Source: Patescibacteria group bacterium (GTDB lineage: Bacteria; Patescibacteriota; Minisyncoccia; Phycocordibacterales; UBA918). Taken from it: a stretch of 64,000 nt of DNA. The position numbers and the translations under genes were made by a program. The stretch covers positions 140,816-204,815 of the forward strand of contig JAIELQ010000005.1 in the NCBI GenBank assembly GCA_019752815.1, read 5' to 3'. Numbering within the stretch: the first letter of the stretch is position 1; the number at the start of each line of letters is the position of its first letter. Below, one piece after another: positions 38,894-48,019 of the stretch. A model generated the notes under the pieces. It worked only from the letters and a program-made list of their open reading frames with translations. It did no database searches and was not told the DNA's origin.

Positions 38894-40339
38894 TTAGTAG
38901 GTCTCCAGCCATTTAATAAGTAATCGTACTGGTTCGCCAGTTGAGCCTTTAGCTAGTTTATCGCTCGGGATGCTGTCCATACGTGGCGCGATATCGAGGT
39001 GGGCCCAGGGGACATTTTTTGGCGCAAAGGCATCAAGGAACATTCCGCCCTCGATCGCTCCGCCCCAGCGGGCAAAATTAGTGGCGATGTTACTGATATC
39101 AGCCCGGGCGCTTTTAAGCGGTGATTTGTATTCATCCCAGAGTGGTAGTGGCCACACGAGGTCACCGGATTCTTCACCGAGGGTGCGGAGGGTTGTTTCG
39201 AGATTTAGATCGCGGGTCATAACAGCGCTCGCCTGTTGACCGAGGGCGACTAACGCTGCTCCCGTGAGTGTGGCGACATCAATAATGGCTTTGGGTTTGT
39301 AGCGCTCACTGTATGTCAGTGCGTCAGCGAGCACGAGGCGGCCCTCGGCATCAGTGTGGAGGATTTCCACCGTGGTACCGTTCATTGCCGTCACTATGTC
39401 TCCGGCGCGCATACTGCGGCTACTAATCGCGTTTTCAGCTGCTGGAATAAGTGCTACGATGTTTTTCTTCAGTCCCAGTTTACTCGCTGCGACTATTGCT
39501 GCCATTACACTACTCCCGCCTGACATGTCCATGTGCATATCGTGCATTGAGCCTGACGGTTTAACATTGAGTCCCCCAGTATCGTAGGTAATACCTTTGC
39601 CAATTAAAACCAATGGCTTGTTTTCGTCACTTACTTTTCCATTTTCCATCTTCAATTTTCCATTTCCCTTCCCCCAATATTCCATCACGATAAATTGTGG
39701 TTCATTGTGTGAACCTTTCCCTACTGCCTCCACTAAATTCATTTTTAGTTTTTTAATTTCTGTAAGGCCGAGAATTTTAACCGTTACTTTTGTGCCAGTT
39801 GCTAGTTTCTTGGCAGCGGCAGCGAGGGCTTTGGGTGTTAGATCATCGCCATGGGTGTTGGCGATATCACGGGCACTATTGGTGTAGTGCGCAACCACAC
39901 AACCGCGCGCAAATCCTGCTTTTGCACCTGCAGAATTCTGATTCAGAATCACGATTTCCTTGAGTGTATGTTTTTCATCTTTTTTTGATTTGTAGACAGT
40001 GTAGTCGTAGGCGGCGAGTGCGAGGTTCTCAGCAATAGTTGAGGTGAACCACGCTTCGTCGTATTGCTGTAGTTTTGGAAAATCGGTGTAGTTTAGTGCA
40101 ATGCTCGCAAATTCTACCTTGTGAGATTTTAAGGACTGCACAAGACTGCGTACTAGCGTACGAAATGTTCGAGGTGTGACCTCGCTCCACTTCCCTGCTC
40201 CTTGGCGGTATTCGGTGTGACCATCTGCTGTTTCTACAAAGCGGTGGTGACCGAGGGATTCTTCTGTAACAACAATCCGCGTATATTTTGTATCAAGTGT
40301 GGCAACGTCTTTGGCAGACAGGGTAATTTTAGTAGACAT
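38894..40339 (-). CDS. pepA: Leucyl aminopeptidase (M17)
   Basis: GKGITYDTGG, DMSG, TDAEGRLVLAD, DVATLTGA, WAHLDIA. Confidence 0.95.
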   Translation of the reverse strand: MSTKITLSAKDVATLDTKYTRIVVTEESLGHHRFVETADGHTEYRQGAGKWSEVTPRTFRTLVRSLVQSLKSHKVEFASIALNYTDFPKLQQYDEAWFTSTIAENLALAAYDYTVYKSKKDEKHTLKEIVILNQNSAGAKAGFARGCVVAHYTNSARDIANTHGDDLTPKALAAAAKKLATGTKVTVKILGLTEIKKLKMNLVEAVGKGSHNEPQFIVMEYWGKGNGKLKMENGKVSDENKPLVLIGKGITYDTGGLNVKPSGSMHDMHMDMSGGSSVMAAIVAASKLGLKKNIVALIPAAENAISSRSMRAGDIVTAMNGTTVEILHTDAEGRLVLADALTYSERYKPKAIIDVATLTGAALVALGQQASAVMTRDLNLETTLRTLGEESGDLVWPLPLWDEYKSPLKSARADISNIATNFARWGGAIEGGMFLDAFAPKNVPWAHLDIAPRMDSIPSDKLAKGSTGEPVRLLIKWLETY

Positions 40340-40436
40340 GGTTGTAATTATAGCAGAACAAATCTACTGAAGATTGTTATAGACAAAATTAAATATGTAA
40401 TGTACAGTAAATTAAGATCTAGAGAAAGGAACTGTC

Positions 40437-40700
40437 ATGATTAAGCATTTCGTGAGATTGGTGCACGCTACAACAAGTCAGGTTCTATATAAGCTGATTA
40501 CCTTACCTATGACTCCCCGAGAAAATGATTCTATTGAATTTGAAGTTCTCGGTATCGTAGTGAAACGCAAGGTCAAATACGCTGGGTTTAAAGATAAAAG
40601 CCCCAACATATGCCTAGTTGTCGAAAATGATGTTGTGTCGGATAAGCAGTTTGAGAGCTTGAAAAATGACCCCGACAATCTTTTTGGTTCTGATCCATGA
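40437..40700 (+). CDS. Hypothetical protein (solo cassette, opposite strand to neighbours)
   Basis: 87 aa; TAGACA-N17-TACAGT, AAAGGA SD, terminator 40715-40744. Confidence 0.65.
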   Translation: MIKHFVRLVHATTSQVLYKLITLPMTPRENDSIEFEVLGIVVKRKVKYAGFKDKSPNICLVVENDVVSDKQFESLKNDPDNLFGSDP

Positions 40701-40791
40701 TTAACAACGCTCCTGAAGCCGTCCAACTAGGGCGGTTTCTTTTTGTAATATAAAATCCCTCAGCTAGCTGAGGGATTTTGCAATATCAATA

Positions 40792-42141
40792 CTAAGATTC
40801 TTTTTCGGCTCCTGAGAGAAGCATGTCAATTCTGTTCATATCCCGCGGGAACATAGTGGCCTCACGAATATTTTTGAGACCCAGAATTTGCATCGTCATA
40901 CGTTCGGCACCAAAGGCGAATCCACCTTCTGGAGGGACGCCATATTTGAAGGCCTCCAAGAACATCGTGATTGCGTTCGGGTCCATGCCCCATGTTTTGA
41001 CGTGTTCACATAGTTGATTGTAGTCATTGATGCGTCGACCTCCAGAGAGCCATTCAATCCCTCGACATAATAAGTCCATACCTTCATTGAATTCAGGTTT
41101 TTCTGGATTTGGAAATACATAAAATGGTTTTTGACGTGTTGGGTAGCCATATACGTACACAAAATCAGAATCAGTTTCCTTTTTAACGATGTCGCACAGC
41201 GTCCGTTCGTCTTCAGGATTAAGATCTTTTTCACCACGAACATCACGGCCTGTTTTTTCAAAAATCAATTCTTGAGCTTCAGTGAGTGAATATGTTGGTG
41301 TATTTTCAAGAAGTTTTGGTAGTGTGGCATTGAGAAGCTGTAACTCCGATGAACATTTGCGTTCAACTTCAGACAAAATATATCGAACCGTTTTTTCTGA
41401 CATATCTCGAACATCTTTCCAGGAGTCAATAAATCCCATTTCTGCATCCAGAGAAACGATTTCTGTGATGTGACGCGTGGTTGCGCTCGGTTCAGCCCGG
41501 AATACTTTGTTAACAGAGAATACGCGTTCAAACGCAGTCATTACAATTTGTTTGTAGAGTTGCGGTGATTGAGTGAGGTAGGCTTTTTTATCAAAGTAAT
41601 TAACTTGAAATACCTCAGCTCCACCTTCTGCCGTTGCTGGTGTAATACTTGGTGCTTGGAATTCGAAAAATTCCTCACGTTTCATAAATTCACGGAATGA
41701 ATCAATGATGACACTTTGCACCTTGAATATAGCCTGGAGTCTCGGGTGGCGTAGCGTGAGCGCTCGGTGATCTAGTTCTGTTGTAAGGTCTAGATTGTAT
41801 CCATCAAGCGACATATCAAATGGAAGTGACTCGGCTTGTGCGAGTACAACAATTTTTGTTATTTCGAGTTCAATGGTTCCGTTTTCAGCATTTGGGTTTA
41901 CCATTTTTTCTGGTCGAGCATGCACAATACCATGCACTTCAACCACCCATTCTTGCTTAAGTTGTTGTGCTACTTCTAATACTTCAGGTTTCCCAAAAAC
42001 AACTCCTTGAATTTTTCCTGAACGGTCTCTGAAATCAAAGAAAGCCATTTTTCCTTGAATTCGTGCCACATCTACCCAACCTTTAATGGCTACTTCTTTT
42101 TCAAGATTTTGCTTCAGGTCTCGAATTAGTGTTCGTTCCAT
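40792..42141 (-). CDS. aspS: Aspartate--tRNA ligase, short archaeal-like, probably non-discriminating type
   Basis: OB-fold GWV..R..G..F..RD.SG.IQ; AEGGAEVF, LTQSPQLYKQ, FRAEPS, GVPPEGGFAFGAER; T-box specifier GAC. Confidence 0.92.
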   Translation of the reverse strand: MERTLIRDLKQNLEKEVAIKGWVDVARIQGKMAFFDFRDRSGKIQGVVFGKPEVLEVAQQLKQEWVVEVHGIVHARPEKMVNPNAENGTIELEITKIVVLAQAESLPFDMSLDGYNLDLTTELDHRALTLRHPRLQAIFKVQSVIIDSFREFMKREEFFEFQAPSITPATAEGGAEVFQVNYFDKKAYLTQSPQLYKQIVMTAFERVFSVNKVFRAEPSATTRHITEIVSLDAEMGFIDSWKDVRDMSEKTVRYILSEVERKCSSELQLLNATLPKLLENTPTYSLTEAQELIFEKTGRDVRGEKDLNPEDERTLCDIVKKETDSDFVYVYGYPTRQKPFYVFPNPEKPEFNEGMDLLCRGIEWLSGGRRINDYNQLCEHVKTWGMDPNAITMFLEAFKYGVPPEGGFAFGAERMTMQILGLKNIREATMFPRDMNRIDMLLSGAEKES

Positions 42142-42175
42142 ATTTATAAATTAATTTAATTTGAGTTGGAGAAAC

Positions 42176-42360
42176 AAAAAATCGCCTCTCCACAAATATT
42201 ATTACTAATACATGTGCAGGGGCGATCCAAAAATATTTGCTCGCGGTGCCACCCTACTTCCCTGCGGCGTATGCGCAATCAGGGCCCTCTTAGATACGCA
42301 ATAACGGGCGTTCCCGGAGACGGTTGTCTCAGGCCTCGGCAGGTGTCAGCTGCGTCGTTG
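42176..42360 (-). promoter_or_regulatory. T-box riboswitch, ultrashort Stem I, Asp (GAC) specifier, transcription attenuator
   Basis: T-box AGGGUGGCACCGCG (42255-42242); Stem I GCAG-CUGACAC-CUGC; GCCCGUUA stem IIA/B; terminator AUCGCC...GGCGAU plus U-tract; promoter TTGACA-N16-CATACT upstream. Confidence 0.88.
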
Positions 42361-42435
42361 GTTAAATACAGTATGCCAGTAACTAGATAGTTGTCAATTA
42401 TGTTTCGAAGCGATTACATTTGTCACTTCTTATTA

Positions 42436-43386
42436 TTAAATTGTAATACCTATTACATCCCGCACTCGACCCAGCATGTCATTTGAAACTAGTTTGGCTT
42501 TCCGTGCCCCTTCCGCTAATACCCCTTTTACATCGTCATCACTAATTGCAGCCCGTTTAGCGCGCATTGGTTCGATAAATGCATCAATATCTTCGATTAG
42601 CGCCTCTTTGAGATTTTTGTACTTTCCGGCATTTTCAGTGTAGAGAGTTTCTAGTTCGGCTTCGGTTCGGAATAGTTTGTGAATGGCGTAGACATTTTCT
42701 GGCCGGTCGCCGGTACTGTCGGTCACGATACTCATCACCGCCTTTTGGATATCTTCGCGACTGCCAAATAGTGGAATGGTGTTTTTGTAGCTTTTACTCA
42801 TTTTGGCACCATCGGTTCCAGGCACTACACCCACTGCTTCGAGAATGAGTTCTTTTGGTTCTTTTAATACCTCACCATAAGCGTTATTGAATTTGGCGAC
42901 TGCCTCTCGGGTATATTCCAGGTGTTGTCGTTGGTCTTCCCCTACTGGTACCAAATCAGTCCCATAGAGCAAAATATCCGCTGCCATGAGCATTGGGTAC
43001 GTAAATAGTCCGGCGTTCGCTTCGAGGCCTTTGGCCACTTTGTCCTTGTATGAGTGAGCTAACATCAAAAATGGTACGGTCACCATACAGTTGAGGACCC
43101 AACCCATTTCGGTGTGGTCTGGATTATCTGATTGGCGGAATAATGTTACTTGTTCAGGGTCTACGCCAACGGCTAGGTAATCACGAACGGTGTTGTAGAT
43201 ACTTGCCTTAAGAGCTTCTCTATCTCGCACCGATGTCAGCGCGTGGTAGTCAGCCACCATGAGGTAAAAGTTGGCGGAATCTTTTTTATCGTTGTACAAA
43301 TCCAAAAATGGCTTCATCGCGCCAAAATAGTTTCCGATATGCAGGTCTCCCGATGACTGTAGTCCCGTTAATATAGTTTGTTTCAT
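42436..43386 (-). CDS. trpS: Tryptophan--tRNA ligase
   Basis: HIGNY, YPMLMAADIL, VPVGEDQRQH, KMSKS. Confidence 0.98.
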   Translation of the reverse strand: MKQTILTGLQSSGDLHIGNYFGAMKPFLDLYNDKKDSANFYLMVADYHALTSVRDREALKASIYNTVRDYLAVGVDPEQVTLFRQSDNPDHTEMGWVLNCMVTVPFLMLAHSYKDKVAKGLEANAGLFTYPMLMAADILLYGTDLVPVGEDQRQHLEYTREAVAKFNNAYGEVLKEPKELILEAVGVVPGTDGAKMSKSYKNTIPLFGSREDIQKAVMSIVTDSTGDRPENVYAIHKLFRTEAELETLYTENAGKYKNLKEALIEDIDAFIEPMRAKRAAISDDDVKGVLAEGARKAKLVSNDMLGRVRDVIGITI

Positions 43387-43407
43387 AGGTTGTGTAATAG
43401 TAACAAA

Positions 43408-43830
43408 TTACCGAGCATTTCCAAAATACTCTCTCATTTTAGTGCAGGCGGCGATAACTTCAGCTAAAAGTTCGTCTGTCACCTCTAAATTCTGGGCATG
43501 TTCCATAATTGGTCTTACTGATTGAATTTTGCGACCAAATGGTTCCATCCATTCATGTCGTGGAAACATCCAGAGATGAAAACCATGCTGAGTATCTTCA
43601 TTTTGGAATAAGTAGACGTCATTAATGCTGAGCACTTCAGACATCGCTTTACGAACTTTGGTAATTATTTGTCCAAATTCCATTGCCTCAGCCTCGGTAA
43701 ATTCACCTACTGAACGAGTAGTTCTTTTGGTGGATAGGATAAAGAAACCGACAATAGGCACTTCCCAATCTTGCGCTACAATAAAATTTTTGTTCTCAAG
43801 GATAACTTCGTTGGGAAATAAAATCTTCAT
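43408..43830 (-). CDS. HIT-like family protein
   Basis: DWEVPIVGF...HGFHLWMFPR. Confidence 0.75.
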   Translation of the reverse strand: MKILFPNEVILENKNFIVAQDWEVPIVGFFILSTKRTTRSVGEFTEAEAMEFGQIITKVRKAMSEVLSINDVYLFQNEDTQHGFHLWMFPRHEWMEPFGRKIQSVRPIMEHAQNLEVTDELLAEVIAACTKMREYFGNAR

Positions 43831-43836
43831 GATGGA

Positions 43837-45513
43837 TTAACTCACCAGTGGCAGTGTGAGTACAAACGTTGAGCCACGTTGCTCACCTGCTGAACTACAG
43901 GTAATGTCACCACCCATCGCGCGGGCCATTTCTCGGGCCACAAATAGTCCCAATCCGGTGCCGTTAATGTTTACACTGTTAGCATTTTTAGCCCGACTGA
44001 ATTTCTGGAAGAGGTCATTAATAGTTTCAGGACTCATACCAATACCAGTATCAATAACATTTACAAATAACTGCTTGCGCCCAATATCATCGTACACAAA
44101 TACAGTGATACTTCCCTTTTGGGTGTACTTAAGTGAATTGTTGATGAGGTTATGGAGTATCTGTTGGGTTTTTGAAATATCAGCGTGCACAATACCTTGT
44201 CCCCGCATATCGGACTTAAAGAGTAACAGTAGTCCCGATCGGGTGGCTTCAGGACGCAAGTCGTCAACGATATGTTCGGCTTGCTCCCGGAGATTAAAAT
44301 CAGTATATGTGTACTTCATATTGCCAGATTCGATACGTGAGACATTAAGGAAGTCTTCAATCGAAAACGCCATCAATTTGGCTGATTCATGAATCCGTCC
44401 CAACACCTCGGTCATTTTTTCTGGTGCAGGCCCATAGTTGCCATCAAGAATCATTGACGTATAGCCACGAATAGCCGTCAGTGGACTCCGGAGTTGGTGC
44501 GAAGCAATCGACACAAATTCTGATTTTTGTTGGTCCACAATCCGTAATCGTTCGTTGGTTGATTCCAGATTAGTCGCGAGTTTCTCAATTTCTTCACGTT
44601 GGGTCACTTCACTGCGGACACTTTTGATTAAGAGTGTGCCGAGTACCGAGAAGAACAAAATAGTTCCCACTGCAATAATCTGCGCATTTTCAATTGACCG
44701 CACCAAGAGTAGTGAACACAACAAAATCAACTGTCCGGCCATCAAGGCCTCGGTCGCAAGGAGCTTAATTTTAAATGTTTGATACCGTACGAGGATGTAC
44801 CCCAAAAATGCTACAAATATTGGCATCCCAAATAAACCAATCTGTCCCGATTCCCAGTCACCGTAGAAGCTTCCGATGATGTTGCCAATTGAGAATGAGA
44901 GTAAAAATAACAAGATGCCTGCGGCAACAAGAATGGTCTCACGACGTTCCCGGCGCTTGAGTCTCACTTCTGCAATCGTGAGTAACAAGATTAATCCTAC
45001 AAATAAAAATTCAAAACCGTACACGTAGTACTGCCACAAAGGTCCTTCGGTGGCGTAACGTAAACAGTTGGTAAAATCAAAGTTTACTAGATTTAGTTTG
45101 GTGTGTCCGAATAAAATCAGAGGTAAGAACATTACAAAGATACCCAACTCAACTTTAAATGGTGGAAAAGATTTATTAAAGAAGGCGTATATGAAATAGA
45201 ATGCTCCGACGTACATCAAAAGCTCAAAGTATATTAGCGTGGACCAGACAAACATAATCACGTCCGATCGTTCTGAGGCCCAGATAATGAGGTCAAGGAA
45301 ACACCAAATAGCGAACATCACGGTGGTAAACAGGAGTGCCTGAGCTGCTTTATTGCGCACGTTGGCACGTAATACAAAAATTGCAATAATTAATCCCGAT
45401 ATAGATGGTAAAAAGTGTGCGTAGTACTGGAAACTCCCAATCAGGTTTTCTGACAGAATTAAGTAGGTGGCAGTACCCCAGGAACAAATTGTGGGATCAA
45501 CGATGTTTAGCAT
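43837..45513 (-). CDS. Sensor histidine kinase, ~8-TM N-terminus (HisKA_7TM-like) plus HisKA and HATPase
   Basis: SHQLRSPLT H-box, NLINNSLKYT, DTGIG, GTGLGL. Confidence 0.93.
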   Translation of the reverse strand: MLNIVDPTICSWGTATYLILSENLIGSFQYYAHFLPSISGLIIAIFVLRANVRNKAAQALLFTTVMFAIWCFLDLIIWASERSDVIMFVWSTLIYFELLMYVGAFYFIYAFFNKSFPPFKVELGIFVMFLPLILFGHTKLNLVNFDFTNCLRYATEGPLWQYYVYGFEFLFVGLILLLTIAEVRLKRRERRETILVAAGILLFLLSFSIGNIIGSFYGDWESGQIGLFGMPIFVAFLGYILVRYQTFKIKLLATEALMAGQLILLCSLLLVRSIENAQIIAVGTILFFSVLGTLLIKSVRSEVTQREEIEKLATNLESTNERLRIVDQQKSEFVSIASHQLRSPLTAIRGYTSMILDGNYGPAPEKMTEVLGRIHESAKLMAFSIEDFLNVSRIESGNMKYTYTDFNLREQAEHIVDDLRPEATRSGLLLLFKSDMRGQGIVHADISKTQQILHNLINNSLKYTQKGSITVFVYDDIGRKQLFVNVIDTGIGMSPETINDLFQKFSRAKNANSVNINGTGLGLFVAREMARAMGGDITCSSAGEQRGSTFVLTLPLVS

Positions 45514-45527
45514 GTAGTAGTAATAAA

Positions 45528-45677
45528 TTAATTAGGATTTTTTTCAGGCCCAGACGGATTGGTCATAACATCGTAGTCTTTTTCTACAATATAGACGAAA
45601 TACATCAAACAAATTGAAATGGTGATGCAAAATGCCAGTATGATGCGCATGATGGTGGCTTTGGTGCTGTCGTGCAT
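45528..45677 (-). CDS. 49-aa single-TM micro-protein upstream of kinase 1
   Basis: MHDSTKATIMRIILAFCITISICLMYFVYIVEKDYDVMTNPSGPEKNPN; fills the gap; similar to 47351-47527. Confidence 0.7.
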   Translation of the reverse strand: MHDSTKATIMRIILAFCITISICLMYFVYIVEKDYDVMTNPSGPEKNPN

Positions 45678-45692
45678 AGAATGAAATAAGTT

Positions 45693-47354
45693 TTAAATAA
45701 GTGGCAGTGTAATCGTAAAGGTGGAACCGAGACCTTCCCCATCTGACGTTACCGTAATATCGCCACCCATCGCGCGAGCCATTTCTCGGGCGACAAATAA
45801 TCCTAATCCGGTACCCATGATGTTCGCTGAACTGGCCACTTTGGCGCGAGCAAATTTACCAAACAGTTTTTGCAGACTTTCTGGACTTAGTCCGAGGCCG
45901 GTATCGATGATATCGACATACATCTTTTTGGTTTTAACATCGTCGTGGGCATAGACTGTAACACTTCCTTTCGGCGTATACTTCAACGCATTGTTGATAA
46001 GATTATGCAGTATCTGTTGTGTCTTCCCCGCGTCCGCATGAACCATTCCGGTGCCAGTCATATCAGATCGGAACATAAGCAACAGTCCACGACGCACCGC
46101 GTCTGCCCGCAGGTCATCAACTACATGCTCGGCCTGTTCCTTGAAATTCATATCCTTGTAGTCGTACTTCATGTTACCTGATTCAATCCGAGACACCTCC
46201 AAAAAGTCATCAATCGACGATGCCATAAACACTGTTGATTCAGCAATTCGCCCCAGTGCCTCGTTAGCTTTATCCGGCAACTTCCCAAAACTCCCCTCCG
46301 TCATCATCGACACATATCCCCGAATAGCTGTAAGCGGACTACGTAATTGATGTGAAGCAATCGAAACAAACTCCGATTTTTGTTTGTCCAAAATCTGCAA
46401 CCGTTCATTGGCTTTTTCCAGCCCAACAGCCAAGCGTTCAATTTCTGCTTTTTGTTCAAGTTCACGACGCATGACTCTGGAAAGAATTATTCCTAGAAAT
46501 CCAAAAATGATAACAGTAATAAAAATAATTGGGCGTGCGTAACTCATGTCACGAAATAGCAACATTGAAAACATTAGTATCCATAATGCTGAAATAAGTA
46601 TTTCAGTAAATAGAGTTTTTGTGTGAAAGGCACGGTATTTAATTATTGAGTACGATACAAGGCCGGCAAATAATGGCATTCCAAAGAGTTTGTATTGTTC
46701 ATAATAAGGACCAAGGTCAAAGAATAGCGTGAAGTTACCTGCAGTAAAAAATGCTAAAAATATAAACGTAGAAATACCAATGAACAGAAGCTGGCGGCGT
46801 TCGGTTTTCTTTTCTATCCTGCTCAAGCCTTTAATTATAAATAGTACAACTATAAAAAGTAGAAAAACTTCTACAAAGTACATGTATTGAATTACAATCC
46901 CCTCGAATGCCCCTGTGTCACAATCTGGTGACAAGCCAATCACGTTCAAACTTGTATGAGCAAATAATAGAATCGGAACAAGAAGTAGTGAGAAACAAAC
47001 TTTCATCCATGTAGGCATATCAACTTGCCTGTTACTAAAGAGGTATACCAAGTAAACGGCAGAGAGGTACATTAAAAGCTCAACTGGAACAATCAGTGAC
47101 CAGAAAAACACCACCATTTCAGGTGTCGGTGAGGCCCATAAGATTAAGTTAAAGTATACCCATGTCGCAAATAGAACTGTTGTAACAAAGAGAACTCTGT
47201 TCGCAAGCTCTTTTGGATTACTGATAAGGACCTGGAAACCTAAAAACAATGAAATAACAAGTGGTAGTACATGTGTGTAGTAGATAAGCTTACCGACGTT
47301 TTCAGAAAATATGAGTAGGGCTGCGCTCCCCCATTCGCAAGGATTATCTATCAT
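45693..47354 (-). CDS. Sensor histidine kinase, paralogue of 43837-45513
   Basis: Identical KSEFVSIASHQLRSPLTAIRGY; NLINNALKYT; GTGLGLFVAREMARAMGGDIT. Confidence 0.93.
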   Translation of the reverse strand: MIDNPCEWGSAALLIFSENVGKLIYYTHVLPLVISLFLGFQVLISNPKELANRVLFVTTVLFATWVYFNLILWASPTPEMVVFFWSLIVPVELLMYLSAVYLVYLFSNRQVDMPTWMKVCFSLLLVPILLFAHTSLNVIGLSPDCDTGAFEGIVIQYMYFVEVFLLFIVVLFIIKGLSRIEKKTERRQLLFIGISTFIFLAFFTAGNFTLFFDLGPYYEQYKLFGMPLFAGLVSYSIIKYRAFHTKTLFTEILISALWILMFSMLLFRDMSYARPIIFITVIIFGFLGIILSRVMRRELEQKAEIERLAVGLEKANERLQILDKQKSEFVSIASHQLRSPLTAIRGYVSMMTEGSFGKLPDKANEALGRIAESTVFMASSIDDFLEVSRIESGNMKYDYKDMNFKEQAEHVVDDLRADAVRRGLLLMFRSDMTGTGMVHADAGKTQQILHNLINNALKYTPKGSVTVYAHDDVKTKKMYVDIIDTGLGLSPESLQKLFGKFARAKVASSANIMGTGLGLFVAREMARAMGGDITVTSDGEGLGSTFTITLPLI

Positions 47355-47527
47355 ATATTGTTGTTATGAAAATAGAAGTCTAATGCACTTGGCTCCTCCT
47401 CGTCTGCTGTAAATTGTTTGAAATTCTTTTCAACAATAATATTTACATATGTAGCACCGACAGATAAAAGAATAAAAAAGACAAGAAAAAAATAAAATAT
47501 TAAGCTATTTTTTTCGTGTCGGTTCAT
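47351..47527 (-). CDS. 58-aa single-TM micro-protein coupled to kinase 2
   Basis: MNRHEKNSLIFYFFLVFFILLSVGATYVNIIVEKNFKQFTADEEEPSALDFYFHNNNI; ATGA overlap with kinase start. Confidence 0.72.
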   Translation of the reverse strand: MNRHEKNSLIFYFFLVFFILLSVGATYVNIIVEKNFKQFTADEEEPSALDFYFHNNNI

Positions 47528-47531
47528 ATCA

Positions 47532-48014
47532 TTATGTTACAGACAACTTTTTACTCCTCAGTTTCTTGAAAAACGTTGGAATGTATGGAAGGTGGCTCCT
47601 ATACACTTTCTCAGGTAGTCTTTGTATTGAATGAATTTTCTTTCTGCATGAATGAGTTTTGCAGGCGCAAGACATTTCCCAGAGCAAATCACCGTCACTC
47701 ATCGAATAGTCAAAAGTTAGCTCTGTGTCTGGAGCGATACTCTTTAATGCAATGACTTTTTTTCTACCAACAATAGCAGTATTAGGTTCACAGCTATGGT
47801 TAAAATACCTCCAGATCGTATTTTTAGGATCTAGCCAAATAGTATCTGTAATTCCATACCATAAAGGGATACTCGAAGCTTCCTTGGCTGTTTGGGTTTT
47901 CTTCCTGACTAACTCACCTTCTAGGAAAGCGATGTGTTCCCCTTTCTTAATTTTCTCTGAAGAAAATATCCCCTTTCCCTCAATCCTACTTTTTCCGACA
48001 TACAGCTTTTTCAT
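47532..48014 (-). CDS. SET-domain protein with post-SET cysteines (putative lysine methyltransferase)
   Basis: SRIEGKGIF, RYFNHSCEPN, ELTFDY, CACKTHSC. Confidence 0.92.
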   Translation of the reverse strand: MKKLYVGKSRIEGKGIFSSEKIKKGEHIAFLEGELVRKKTQTAKEASSIPLWYGITDTIWLDPKNTIWRYFNHSCEPNTAIVGRKKVIALKSIAPDTELTFDYSMSDGDLLWEMSCACKTHSCRKKIHSIQRLPEKVYRSHLPYIPTFFKKLRSKKLSVT

Positions 48015-48019
48015 GGTTC

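Noticed and set aside
42166-42390. 74-aa + strand ORF
   Set aside because: Antisense to the T-box leader.
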